DNA from: Arcobacteraceae bacterium
GTDB lineage: Bacteria; Campylobacterota; Campylobacteria; Campylobacterales; Arcobacteraceae
Assembly (NCBI GenBank): GCA_963662945.1
Contig: OY759974.1
Coordinates: forward strand, 416,001 to 480,000
Length of the DNA stretch: 64,000 nucleotides
Direction of reading: 5' to 3'
Position 1 is the first letter of the stretch. Every line of letters starts with the position of its first letter. The notes under the pieces are model-generated. The model was given only the letters and a program-made list of their open reading frames with translations. It was not told where the DNA came from and did not search any database. Positions 31,886-41,169 of the stretch are shown here, piece by piece. Made by a program: the position numbers and the translations under genes.

Positions 31886-31912
31886 TTAAAAAAGGAACAT
31901 ATTAGTTACTTA

Positions 31913-34120
31913 CTATTCTATAACCATCACCTCATTTTTCCCTAAAAACTCTTTCTCATTTGCACTTGACAATACTAACTGTGCCGTTTTGTCAATCTCA
32001 ATAGCAGCATCATGAGTCTGTGATGCTATCATAGCATTTTGTTGTGTTTGTTGATCAAGAGAGTTTACAGCATCATTAATCTGTTCAATTCCTGTAAGTT
32101 GTTCTTTAGAAGCCATCTCTACATCTTTGATTAAATCTATTGTTTTAGAAATACTTTCATTCAATGCTGTATAACCACTTATCATCTCATCTGCTATTTT
32201 CTTTCCATCATTTGCTTTACCTGTTGCTTTTTGAACTAGAGCTTTAATCTCATTTGCAGCATCCGCAGATCTACTAGCCAAGTTTCTTACCTCTTGTGCA
32301 ACTACTGCAAATCCTTTTCCAGCTTCACCAGCAGTTGCAGCTTCAACTGCGGCATTAAGAGATAAAATATTTGTTTGAAATGCTATTTGGTCAATTACAG
32401 TAATAGCATCATTAATAGCATTTACTTCTTCATCTATCTCATTCATAGCTTGTGTAGTTTGGTTTGCTAAAGCTTCCCCTTTTGAAGCTGATTGAGTTAC
32501 ATCTGATGCTAAATTAGACATTTGGATAATATTGCTTGTATTATTTGAAATATTACCTGTAATCTCTTCTAAAGCTGCTGCTGTTTCTTCTAGTGCTGCT
32601 GCTGCTTCATTTGAATTTATGTTTAATTGATTTACATTTTTAAGTAAAATTTTTGAATTATTATTTAATTGTAATCCACTTTGTTTGTTCTCTAATAATA
32701 TTTGATTTATTATATCCGCTAAATTATTTAAACCTTTAGATACTCCACCTATATCATTTTCTATCCTATCTCTAAAGTCAAGTTGTGCATAACTTTCAAG
32801 AACTCTATATATTTTATTTATATCTTCTGCTATATTATTAGAGGTAATTTCTAGCATATCATTAAATATCACTTTTAATTCATCTAAAGATTTATTTTGA
32901 GTAACTTTTTCTATCCTTTGATGTAGTCTTCCCTCTTTTACTTCATGAACTATTTTTTTTACATCATCTATTAGTTTTACATCTTGTTCTAAAAGAGTTT
33001 TTGTTTTAATAATATTCGTATTTACAACTTGTGCCATTTTTCCTATTTCATCTTGGGAAGTTATCTCGATAAGATGACTTTCATTTGTTTCTTTATTAAG
33101 ATACGCAAAGAAGTTTAATAATCCTGTTTGAAAATTTAAAAGTGGAGCAATAATAGCTTTTTTAAAGAATATAGATATTGTCAATACTATAAATATAACC
33201 AATAACACAATTATCATCAATGCTAAATCAATAATAGATTTTGAACTTTCAAAAGCTATATTTGCCTTATTTATAGGTATTCCAAGTAAAGCAATACCAA
33301 GCTTTTTATTTTGAAAATCAATGATATCTATATAACTATAAAGATATTTATCTGTTGTAACAAATTTTTCTTTAAAAAGTTGGTCTAGATTAATATCATT
33401 TGCATCTTTTAAAAACTTTTCATCTATATTTACTTGAGAAGTGATGTAGTTTTTATATTTTATGTGTTTTGCTTTTGTAGTCATTAACTTAACATTAGAA
33501 ACTACCTTTTCGTCCATTAAAAGTAAAAACTTATTTCCCTCTTTATTAAAAGAATCAACAACTGGGTCTAATACTTGAATAAAATCCAGAGAACCTAAAT
33601 GTTCATTATTACTTACAATAGGAACAGTTGCAAATAAAGTAAGACCTATTTTACCTACTTCAAAAGTATTTACTGCTTTTTGTGTCGCATTTACCTGTAC
33701 AACACTATGTCTAAATTTACTTAAATCATCGCCAAACTTTTCAGGTTTTCTTGAACGTAAGAAAGAATGATTATCATTGGTATGAATATGAATATTTGCT
33801 TTTTTAAAAGTTGTAAAGTCACTCATATTTTTAATCAAATCTTTTAATGCTTCTAAAGCTAACGCTCTGTTGTTTTCTTTAAGTGCTGTTTTTATTGCAT
33901 AGTTATTTGCAATACTTACTGCACTTGTTATACCAATCTCTTTTCTTGCTTGCAATCTAAATTCTGCTTCTGTTTGTAATTCTTCTGCAAGATTGTTATA
34001 AATCTCTTTTTTTCCTTGATTAAAATAGTAATTCAATCCTAGAAAACTTAGTAATAATGATAGTATTGCAATACTACTTATCACTAACGTTAACTTTTTG
34101 CCCAAAGATAAATTGTTCAT
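31913..34120 (-). CDS. Methyl-accepting chemotaxis protein
   Basis: TM-Cache-TM-HAMP layout; [30 protein letters not shown] hairpin. Confidence 0.95.
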   Translation of the reverse strand: MNNLSLGKKLTLVISSIAILSLLLSFLGLNYYFNQGKKEIYNNLAEELQTEAEFRLQARKEIGITSAVSIANNYAIKTALKENNRALALEALKDLIKNMSDFTTFKKANIHIHTNDNHSFLRSRKPEKFGDDLSKFRHSVVQVNATQKAVNTFEVGKIGLTLFATVPIVSNNEHLGSLDFIQVLDPVVDSFNKEGNKFLLLMDEKVVSNVKLMTTKAKHIKYKNYITSQVNIDEKFLKDANDINLDQLFKEKFVTTDKYLYSYIDIIDFQNKKLGIALLGIPINKANIAFESSKSIIDLALMIIVLLVIFIVLTISIFFKKAIIAPLLNFQTGLLNFFAYLNKETNESHLIEITSQDEIGKMAQVVNTNIIKTKTLLEQDVKLIDDVKKIVHEVKEGRLHQRIEKVTQNKSLDELKVIFNDMLEITSNNIAEDINKIYRVLESYAQLDFRDRIENDIGGVSKGLNNLADIINQILLENKQSGLQLNNNSKILLKNVNQLNINSNEAAAALEETAAALEEITGNISNNTSNIIQMSNLASDVTQSASKGEALANQTTQAMNEIDEEVNAINDAITVIDQIAFQTNILSLNAAVEAATAGEAGKGFAVVAQEVRNLASRSADAANEIKALVQKATGKANDGKKIADEMISGYTALNESISKTIDLIKDVEMASKEQLTGIEQINDAVNSLDQQTQQNAMIASQTHDAAIEIDKTAQLVLSSANEKEFLGKNEVMVIE

Positions 34121-34351
34121 ATTTACTCTCCAATAATAGTTCTATATATAAGCAATTATAATATCTTAATGTAACTTGAAAATAACTGATTAATTTCATA
34201 TTTTTTAATAATTATTATTTTTCTTCTTACTCACTGTCTTCTTATAAAATCTAGACTATATTAAGACGAGAGTTGTTTATAAAGTTCATTTTGAAAAGTA
34301 GAATAATAAGATTTACTCATAAAATAATAAAATATATCTATTATTGAATTC

Positions 34352-34720
34352 CTAGATTAATCCTAGCTCTTCACTTATATCTTTTATGAGTTTACTAAAT
34401 GGCTTTTTAGATAAATCTTCATTTTCATCTATTATCATAAATCTATCAATAGTTTCTAAGGTTCCATTTTGGAACCTTAAAGATTCATCCAAACTTGAGG
34501 TTCCGAATTAGAACCTCAAGTTATCATATTCATTTTGAGTAAGTTGAAATCTAAAATTTTCAGGAAATCTTTCAGTATTTCTTTTTACTGCCTTATTTAA
34601 ATTTTTCGTTTCTACCTGATAAAGGTCTGCCAAATCTTTATCAAGCATAACTTGTAGACCTCTTATAGTATAAATCTTATTTTGAATAGTTTCTTTTGAT
34701 ATATCTGTTATTTTATCCAT
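34352..34720 (-). pseudogene. ORF6N-domain protein pseudogene
   Basis: IYTIRGLQVMLDKDLADLYQVETKNLNKAVKRNTERFP; in-frame TAA at 34508-34510; frame continues to TAG at 34352. Confidence 0.75.
34457..34522. repeat. Two tandem related palindromes inside the ORF6N gene
   Basis: TAAGGTTCCA-ttt-TGGAACCTTA and AACTTGAGGTTC-N7-GAACCTCAAGTT. Confidence 0.85.
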
Positions 34721-34819
34721 CTAAGATACCTTATATTTTTGTTTATAGTATCACAAAAATATACTTCTATTAAAAAATATTGCATTTTGTCATATTAGTT
34801 TTAAAATTCTATCTACAAT

Positions 34820-34853
34820 ATTTTACCATACAAATGTCACATCCATTGTCACA
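34820..34853 (-). promoter_or_regulatory. TGTGACA direct-repeat box plus extended -10 (copy 3)
   Basis: Minus strand TGTGACA-atgga-TGTGACA-N6-TG-g-TAAAAT. Confidence 0.65.
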
Positions 34854-34868
34854 AAAATAAAAAAATGT

Positions 34869-34902
34869 AAAAAAAAAGCAGGCAAATATTTGCCTACTTT
34901 TT
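34869..34902 (-). terminator. Intrinsic terminator after the SIR2-like gene
   Basis: AGGCAAA-ta-TTTGCCT hairpin flanked by A/T runs. Confidence 0.75.
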
Positions 34903-34925
34903 ATATGAAAAGATTTAAGAAGTTT

Positions 34926-35759
34926 TTATAAAGATTTTAAAAAACTATTTGTATCCTCTTTTACTAACTCTAAGTTATGTGTAGTTATAAACTTATCCTC
35001 TTTTTTACTATGTTCCTCTTTGTTTGATACAACTATCCCTGTATCAAGTCCTAGAGTTATCTCATTTGCTACCATTCTATAAGTATCTCGGCTGAAATCT
35101 ATCCCTAAAAACAGATATGATTTACCTTGTTTGTACCCTTTTAAAAATGGTGGTATCGCATATCCACCCATAGCTTCCGTTAACCAGTCAACAAAGTCAG
35201 CATCACTAACGATAAAATCCATATCAGGAACAGTTGAACCCATAGGTTTAAAAAGGATTGGGATAGAATCGTTTAATTCATCTTTTTCTATTTTGTTGTA
35301 TGTTTTTGTTGGTAAGTCGTATTTGTATACGATAAATCTATCATATCCACCCATAACTCTTGAAACACCAGTTACCATAAAATGCTCTACATCTTCATAT
35401 ACTTTACAACCACTATCATCAAGATTTGTATCTATCATATATTTTGGTTTAATTTCTTTTAAAAATTGGTATACATAAGGAAGGTCATACTGTTTCGAAC
35501 TGTAGATATGATTTGTCATTTGTATGATAAACTCTCTACCTTTTCGTTGCTCCAAACTCATAGCAGCTCTTGTGTACTCATACATAAGTCTTGCACTCAT
35601 AGCTCGACCATTGTTAAGTGCAAGTACCATACTATCACTATCAAATGGAAGTTGTACACCATCAGTAGATTTTACACCTTCAAATACACCCATACCTAAA
35701 AATGGAACGAGTTCACCACTTATTATTTTTTCTTTTATATTATCCATTATACTTCCCAT
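34926..35759 (-). CDS. SIR2-like domain protein
   Basis: VPFLGMGV, IDTNLD, LFKPMGS, FIVSDADF, YLFLG resemble SIR2_2 motifs; alternative start at ATG 35747. Confidence 0.7.
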   Translation of the reverse strand: MGSIMDNIKEKIISGELVPFLGMGVFEGVKSTDGVQLPFDSDSMVLALNNGRAMSARLMYEYTRAAMSLEQRKGREFIIQMTNHIYSSKQYDLPYVYQFLKEIKPKYMIDTNLDDSGCKVYEDVEHFMVTGVSRVMGGYDRFIVYKYDLPTKTYNKIEKDELNDSIPILFKPMGSTVPDMDFIVSDADFVDWLTEAMGGYAIPPFLKGYKQGKSYLFLGIDFSRDTYRMVANEITLGLDTGIVVSNKEEHSKKEDKFITTHNLELVKEDTNSFLKSL

Positions 35760-35784
35760 TTATTATTTTATATACTAGAGGTAT

Positions 35785-35800
35785 TGCATAAGCCATTCCA
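35785..35800 (-). promoter_or_regulatory. Sigma54 promoter of the SIR2-like gene
   Basis: TGGAATGGCTTATGCA (GG-N10-GC). Confidence 0.75.
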
Positions 35801-35861
35801 CTTATAAATAATACTTATAAAATAAAAAAAGTAGTTTTTTACTTTATGAGATAATTAAGGT

Positions 35862-36401
35862 TTAGCCGTGGCAGCCTACACCTGTATATGTTACATATGC
35901 TTTATTAAGTTCTACTTGTAATCTATCTAAATCAAACTCTTTTTCTAAATTTGATGGCATATCCAAAAAGAAAACTGCTCCATCTTTTGAAATTAAAAAC
36001 AATGCTTTTGTAAGTTTATCTTCCATACTACCACTTACTATTTTTGTTCCATACATATTTCCAAATTCATCTTCACTATCAAAGACCATCTCAAACTTTT
36101 TTAATCTATTTTTAAATACAGTAGTATTTTCTAACTTTTCATTGAAAATAAAATAACATTGAATTGGAACTTGTATATTACTCATAAACTGATCTATTTT
36201 TAAAATCTCTTTACTAAAGTTATCACTTGCATCAGGAAAAGAGATAAACAAACTCATAGCTCCATCACTATGACTTCTTTTAATCTCTTTTTTTTCTCCA
36301 TTAACATCAGAAACTTCAAAGTTTTCAGCCATATACCCTATATCGATAAAATCTTCGCACAGTTCGTATTCTTCACCTTTGAATGTAACATTAGATTCCA
36401 T
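35862..36401 (-). CDS. Thiol-peroxidase/redoxin-fold protein lacking the peroxidatic Cys
   Basis: Tpx-like N-terminus (VTFKG...IGYMAENF), FGNMYG, KALFLISKDG; overlaps the nifA stop. Confidence 0.65.
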   Translation of the reverse strand: MESNVTFKGEEYELCEDFIDIGYMAENFEVSDVNGEKKEIKRSHSDGAMSLFISFPDASDNFSKEILKIDQFMSNIQVPIQCYFIFNEKLENTTVFKNRLKKFEMVFDSEDEFGNMYGTKIVSGSMEDKLTKALFLISKDGAVFFLDMPSNLEKEFDLDRLQVELNKAYVTYTGVGCHG

Positions 36402-37911
36402 ATTTTTTTACCTTATAGCCTATTTGTCGTACTGTAATTCCTAACATATCTGCTGCACGTGATTGATTATTATCACACTCTTTCAATGCTTTCATAATCG
36501 CTTCACGTTCTAGTTCATCAAGAGTTTTATTTTCCATTGGAATTGTTTTATACTCTTCAATCAGTTTTTCATTTTTCAATGCAGGAAGAAGTAAAAGCAT
36601 ATCAGCAGCACTAATGCCATCTTCATCCCCCATCAATACAATTCTTTCAATTGTATTCTCCATCTCTCTTACATTTCCAGGCCAAGGATATCCCATAAGT
36701 TTATCCATAGCTTCATCTGTGATTTTCACCACTTTTTTATGATTTTTCATACTTCTTTCAAGAAAGAAATTTACAAGAAGTTTGATATCTTCACCTCTTT
36801 TTCGTAGAGGTGGTAAATCTATTGGAATAACATTCAATCTGTAGTATAAATCCTCTCTAAACTCACCATCTTTTACCATTTGTTCAAGATTTCTATTGGT
36901 TGCTGCTACTAATCTTACATTTACTTTGATTGTTTTACTTCCACCAACTCTCTCAAACTCTCTTTCTTGTAAAACTCTTAAAAGTTTCACTTGCGCACTT
37001 GCACTAATGTCACCTATTTCATCTAAAAATAAAGTTCCTTTATCTGCTAGTTCAAATCTACCTTTTCTTGTCTCTTTTGCATCTGTAAATGCACCTTTTT
37101 CATGTCCAAAAAGTTCACTTTCTAATAAACTGTCAGTGATAGCTGCACAGTTTAACTTCACGAACGGCTCTTCAGCTCTACGACTTCTTTTGTGAATTGC
37201 TGCTGCAACTAGTTCTTTCCCAGTTCCAGTTTCTCCGCGTACAAGTACTGTCACGTCACTTTGTGCAATTCTTTCAACAACTTTGTAGACATCTTTCATC
37301 TTTTTACTCTCACCAATTATGTCACCAAAATTATGCACTTTTGAATCCCACTCCATTTTATAATACTGTTTAAGATCTTTTAATTTCTCTTTTTCATCCT
37401 CTAGAACAAAATGAGAATACATACTTTGAGCAAATAATGAACTAATGATTGACAATATTCTAACAGTATCATCAAATCCCATTTTTGTAGATTTCGTCAG
37501 ATTTGTTGCTAACACACCAATTGTTTCATGTTCTACAATCATAGGAACTGCAATATAAGAAATAGTATCACTACTTCTGTTACCTGATTTATTTAAAAAC
37601 AATATATCATTGTGCACATTCTCAATAACAACTGGCTCCATACTTTTTGCAGCTAAACCAGTAGCACCTTCACCAATTCTATATTCTGAAATGATTTTTT
37701 GATGTTTGTTAAAATTGATTGATGCGAAGATATTTAAAATATCATCTTCTCTTTTATATATAACACAATTTTCTAAATCTAGATTTTTCTTCAACACCAT
37801 AAGGCATTTTTCCAAAGATTGAACAATTTGTCCACGAGAATCAGCTATAATTGTAGCAATCTCTTGTAAAACATTAAGTTCTATTTGTATCAAACTATCT
37901 TCATTATTCAT
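36391..37911 (-). CDS. nifA: Nif-specific sigma54 activator (GAF-AAA+-HTH)
   Basis: GAF (YRIGEGATG), GETGTGKE, ESELFGHEKGAFTDA, WPGNVRE, HTH RQIGYKVKKY; nif context. Confidence 0.88.
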   Translation of the reverse strand: MNNEDSLIQIELNVLQEIATIIADSRGQIVQSLEKCLMVLKKNLDLENCVIYKREDDILNIFASINFNKHQKIISEYRIGEGATGLAAKSMEPVVIENVHNDILFLNKSGNRSSDTISYIAVPMIVEHETIGVLATNLTKSTKMGFDDTVRILSIISSLFAQSMYSHFVLEDEKEKLKDLKQYYKMEWDSKVHNFGDIIGESKKMKDVYKVVERIAQSDVTVLVRGETGTGKELVAAAIHKRSRRAEEPFVKLNCAAITDSLLESELFGHEKGAFTDAKETRKGRFELADKGTLFLDEIGDISASAQVKLLRVLQEREFERVGGSKTIKVNVRLVAATNRNLEQMVKDGEFREDLYYRLNVIPIDLPPLRKRGEDIKLLVNFFLERSMKNHKKVVKITDEAMDKLMGYPWPGNVREMENTIERIVLMGDEDGISAADMLLLLPALKNEKLIEEYKTIPMENKTLDELEREAIMKALKECDNNQSRAADMLGITVRQIGYKVKKYGI

Positions 37912-37995
37912 TATTCATCCAATCTATATAATATATTTTGAATATTATATCATTGTATATAAATAATTTATACATGCTATATGTATAAATTATAA

Positions 37996-38205
37996 TCAAT
38001 CTGCAAGTTTTTTACAAACTTCCTCTTTTGGCAAATTTTTAGGACCAGGTTGTATCCACCAAGTTTCACCATTACTTAATTCAACTTCTCCACCCCAATT
38101 ATCATCATCGCTAAACTCTATTGTTTCAATAGTTTCTTCCATATCTTTTTTAGCTATATAAAAATAAATCTCTCCATCTGCTTCTCTTAACATTACTTTT
38201 GCCAT
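37996..38205 (-). CDS. nifT: NifT/FixU protein
   Basis: KVMLR...YIAKKDMEE...WGG..ELSNG pattern. Confidence 0.85.
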   Translation of the reverse strand: MAKVMLREADGEIYFYIAKKDMEETIETIEFSDDDNWGGEVELSNGETWWIQPGPKNLPKEEVCKKLAD

Positions 38206-38233
38206 AAATTATCCTTTGTATTTGTAAACTATA

Positions 38234-38249
38234 TGCAATATTTGTTCCT
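38234..38249 (-). promoter_or_regulatory. Sigma54 promoter of nifT
   Basis: AGGAACAAATATTGCA (GG-N10-GC). Confidence 0.8.
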
Positions 38250-39897
38250 AATTATTATTAGCAATCATTCTTCGCAAATATCCAAGTAAATTATTCTTTT
38301 GAAGCCATACTTTATAAAAACCTCTTTTAAGTTCATTAACTAAAATGCTATGTTTATATTCATCATTGATATCAGGATAATCATCTCTATGATGTGCTCC
38401 TCGACTCTCTTTTCTTTTTCTTGCACTTAGTACAACTGTTTCTGCAACTTCCAATGCATTTTGTAGTTCTAAAATAGAGATAAGTTCCACATTGTTACTT
38501 CTCCCTTTATCTATACAATGTAAAGTTCCAGCTTCTCTTCGTAAATATTTCAAATAATCCAATGCTTTAAAAAGTGTTTTTTGAGTTCTGCTTATTCCTG
38601 CTAACTCAAACATAGTTTTACCAACAGATATTCTCATAGAGTTAAAGTTCTTTGTTGTATCTTGATCAAAGATATAATCAACTTTTTGTTGGTCTCTTAC
38701 TACAATATTGTAATCTATTGGTAAAAAATCTTTTTTTATACTGTATTTTAAAGCATTTTTTCCTGCTAATTCCCCAAAAACAGCACCCTCTAAAAGTGAG
38801 TTTCCGCCCAGTCTATTTGCTCCATGTACTCCATTTACTGCACATTCACCACAAACAAATAAACCTTTTATAGTAGTTTTTGTCATATTTGCTTCTATAC
38901 CACCCATAGTATAATGTGCAACAGGTTTTACAGGCAATAATTCTGTTCTAACATCAACACCAGCTTGCATCAAAGCTGCTTTTTGAAGACTTGGCAATTT
39001 TGTTTCTATATGCTCTGCACTTAAATGTCTTAAATCTATAAAAACTGATTTTCCCTCATTAATTTCTTTTGAGATGGCACGACTTACAACATCTCTGGTG
39101 TCAAGTTCATTTACAAATCTTTCCCCCTCACTATTAACAAGATAACCACCCTCACCACGTGCTGCTTCACTTACAAGATAACTTGTTTTTATAAAACCTG
39201 TTGGATGGAATTGAACAAATTCCATATCTTTTAAAGCCAATCCAGCTCGCAAAGCAACTGAAAGCATGTCTCCTGTGTAGTCTTGGGCATTTGTACTAAA
39301 ACCTCTATAAAGTCCTGCATAACCGCCACCTGCAAGTACCACAGACTTTGCAGGATAAACCATAACTGAAGAATCAAACCGTCTTAATACAACAATTCCA
39401 CTTACTTTATTGTGCATTTTAGTAATATTCATTACAAAATTATTTACTAAAAACTCTACACCCATAATTTTGGCTTTTTTTATAAGAGCTTGTGTTATTG
39501 CGGAACCTGTTTTATCACCCACATAACAAGTTCTCTTACTACTTCCACCACCAAAACTTCGCTGTGCAATTTTTCCTTCTTCATCTCTATCAAACTCTAC
39601 ACCATAATCTGAAAGTTTTGAAATAATTAAAGGGGCTTGTTCACACATATATGTTACTGCTTTTTTATCAGCCAAACCAGAAGAACCTTTTAAAGTATCA
39701 TCTATATGTTTTGCAATACCTTCTTTATCACTCTTATCTAAGACACCGTTTATTCCACCACTGGCCAAACTACTATTAGATTTAAAAAGATTTCCTTTTG
39801 TTACAATAGCAACTTTTACAGTAGGATCACTTTTTGCTTCAATTGCAGCCATTAAACCAGCAATACCTGCGCCTACAACAATAACATCATATATCAT
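38248..39897 (-). CDS. FAD-dependent oxidoreductase of the SdhA/FrdA/NadB family
   Basis: GAGIAG, EFVQFHPT, SEAARGEGG, HYTMGG, HGANRLGGNSL, ESRGAH. Confidence 0.85.
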   Translation of the reverse strand: MIYDVIVVGAGIAGLMAAIEAKSDPTVKVAIVTKGNLFKSNSSLASGGINGVLDKSDKEGIAKHIDDTLKGSSGLADKKAVTYMCEQAPLIISKLSDYGVEFDRDEEGKIAQRSFGGGSSKRTCYVGDKTGSAITQALIKKAKIMGVEFLVNNFVMNITKMHNKVSGIVVLRRFDSSVMVYPAKSVVLAGGGYAGLYRGFSTNAQDYTGDMLSVALRAGLALKDMEFVQFHPTGFIKTSYLVSEAARGEGGYLVNSEGERFVNELDTRDVVSRAISKEINEGKSVFIDLRHLSAEHIETKLPSLQKAALMQAGVDVRTELLPVKPVAHYTMGGIEANMTKTTIKGLFVCGECAVNGVHGANRLGGNSLLEGAVFGELAGKNALKYSIKKDFLPIDYNIVVRDQQKVDYIFDQDTTKNFNSMRISVGKTMFELAGISRTQKTLFKALDYLKYLRREAGTLHCIDKGRSNNVELISILELQNALEVAETVVLSARKRKESRGAHHRDDYPDINDEYKHSILVNELKRGFYKVWLQKNNLLGYLRRMIANNN

Positions 39898-39900
39898 ACA

Positions 39901-41013
39901 TTATAACCTGTAAAGTAAATCATATTTACTTTTTGGTACTGCTTTTACTTTTGAAATCTCACAATTGTGTTTAATATTTACAGGCACCCTACTTCCAAAA
40001 AGTCCACTTACTATTCCAGGAGTTGAACGAACAAATTGCAATGCTAATTGAATATCACTTTTTAAAGTCATACTATTATCAAGAATAACACCTGTTTCTG
40101 CTGTGAAAGATTTTTTGAAAAGATTCATTTGCAATAAACTTGAACTACTTATAACCCCTAAACCTAATCTATATGCCGCTTGTAAAATCGTACATTTCTC
40201 ACCATTTACTTTTTGTGTTGGTGTTGTGTATGCTGTTGTTTTCCCCATATTAAAAGGTGTTTGAATATATTTAAATCGATGATTTTCACCACCAGCTTTT
40301 TTTGCACATTCAACTAATTTTTCTATCTCTATAGTTTCGTTAATTTCTGACATAAAACCATTCCAAACAGCAACTCCATAACATTTAAAAAGTCCTTCAT
40401 CTGCTAATTTTTCAAATCTTTTAAATATTTTTTCTATTTGTTTATAAAAGTTTTTTTCTCCAAGTTTTAAAATCTGCATCTCTGGATTATGAAGGTAATA
40501 AATATCTAAACTTTCAACTCCAAGATTTTCTAAACTTCTTCTACAAGACCATTCTAAATAATCAGGTGTCATACAATGTTGGTCTAACTCTATATCGTCT
40601 TTTGTTGCAAGTTTTTTATCTATGATGTTTTCTTCTATCCATGTATAAGGATTTTCTGGAAAAGGATAATCTAGTTGGATAAATCCACCTTTAGAACAAA
40701 TTATAAGCTCTTCCCTTTTTACTGCATCTTCAGCATATAATTCTACTAAAGCTTCCCCTATCTCTCTTTCACTCTGTCCATATCTATAGTTACTCGCAGT
40801 ATCTATTAGATTTATACCATTTTTTACAGCTTCTTTAACAGCTGCTATATAATGAAATACATAATTTTCTTCTTTATATGGTTCTTTATTAAATGTACCT
40901 AAACCTAATTTTGAAAATATTAATCCGTTACTTTGTGTAAAAAAGTCTTTATAATGAGAAAACTTCTTGGCAAACTCTAATGTATCTGTTGGTGTTGCTA
41001 CTTTCAGACTCAT
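39901..41013 (-). CDS. Aldo/keto reductase family protein
   Basis: LGLGT, IDTASNY, SKGG, SLENLG...DIYYLHNPE. Confidence 0.85.
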   Translation of the reverse strand: MSLKVATPTDTLEFAKKFSHYKDFFTQSNGLIFSKLGLGTFNKEPYKEENYVFHYIAAVKEAVKNGINLIDTASNYRYGQSEREIGEALVELYAEDAVKREELIICSKGGFIQLDYPFPENPYTWIEENIIDKKLATKDDIELDQHCMTPDYLEWSCRRSLENLGVESLDIYYLHNPEMQILKLGEKNFYKQIEKIFKRFEKLADEGLFKCYGVAVWNGFMSEINETIEIEKLVECAKKAGGENHRFKYIQTPFNMGKTTAYTTPTQKVNGEKCTILQAAYRLGLGVISSSSLLQMNLFKKSFTAETGVILDNSMTLKSDIQLALQFVRSTPGIVSGLFGSRVPVNIKHNCEISKVKAVPKSKYDLLYRL

Positions 41014-41108
41014 TATTTCTTTGCCATTTTTGCGTAAGTTTTATTTGTATAAATTACTATTGCCACTGTATAAGATATAAGTATAAGTGGTAGTATATAA
41101 GTTTCCAT
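41013..41108 (-). CDS. Small 31-aa single-TM peptide (not in the ORF track)
   Basis: METYILPLILISYTVAIVIYTNKTYAKMAKK; RBS AAGGA; TAATG overlap with the AKR start. Confidence 0.7.
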   Translation of the reverse strand: METYILPLILISYTVAIVIYTNKTYAKMAKK

Positions 41109-41148
41109 AATATATTTCCTTTAGGATTTAATCAATTGCTTACAATTA

Positions 41149-41164
41149 TGCAAGTACCATTCCA
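41149..41164 (-). promoter_or_regulatory. Sigma54 promoter of the peptide-AKR-flavoprotein unit
   Basis: TGGAATGGTACTTGCA (GG-N10-GC). Confidence 0.8.
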
Positions 41165-41169
41165 TAAAT

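Noticed and set aside
34926-35759. SIR2-based anti-phage system (Thoeris, DSR, Sir2-HerA)
   Set aside because: No partner genes or extra domains; the promoter and context point to the nif regulon
38248-39897. Naming the flavoprotein sdhA, frdA or nadB
   Set aside because: No covalent-FAD His and no partner subunits argue against sdhA/frdA; nadB cannot be confirmed from motifs alone
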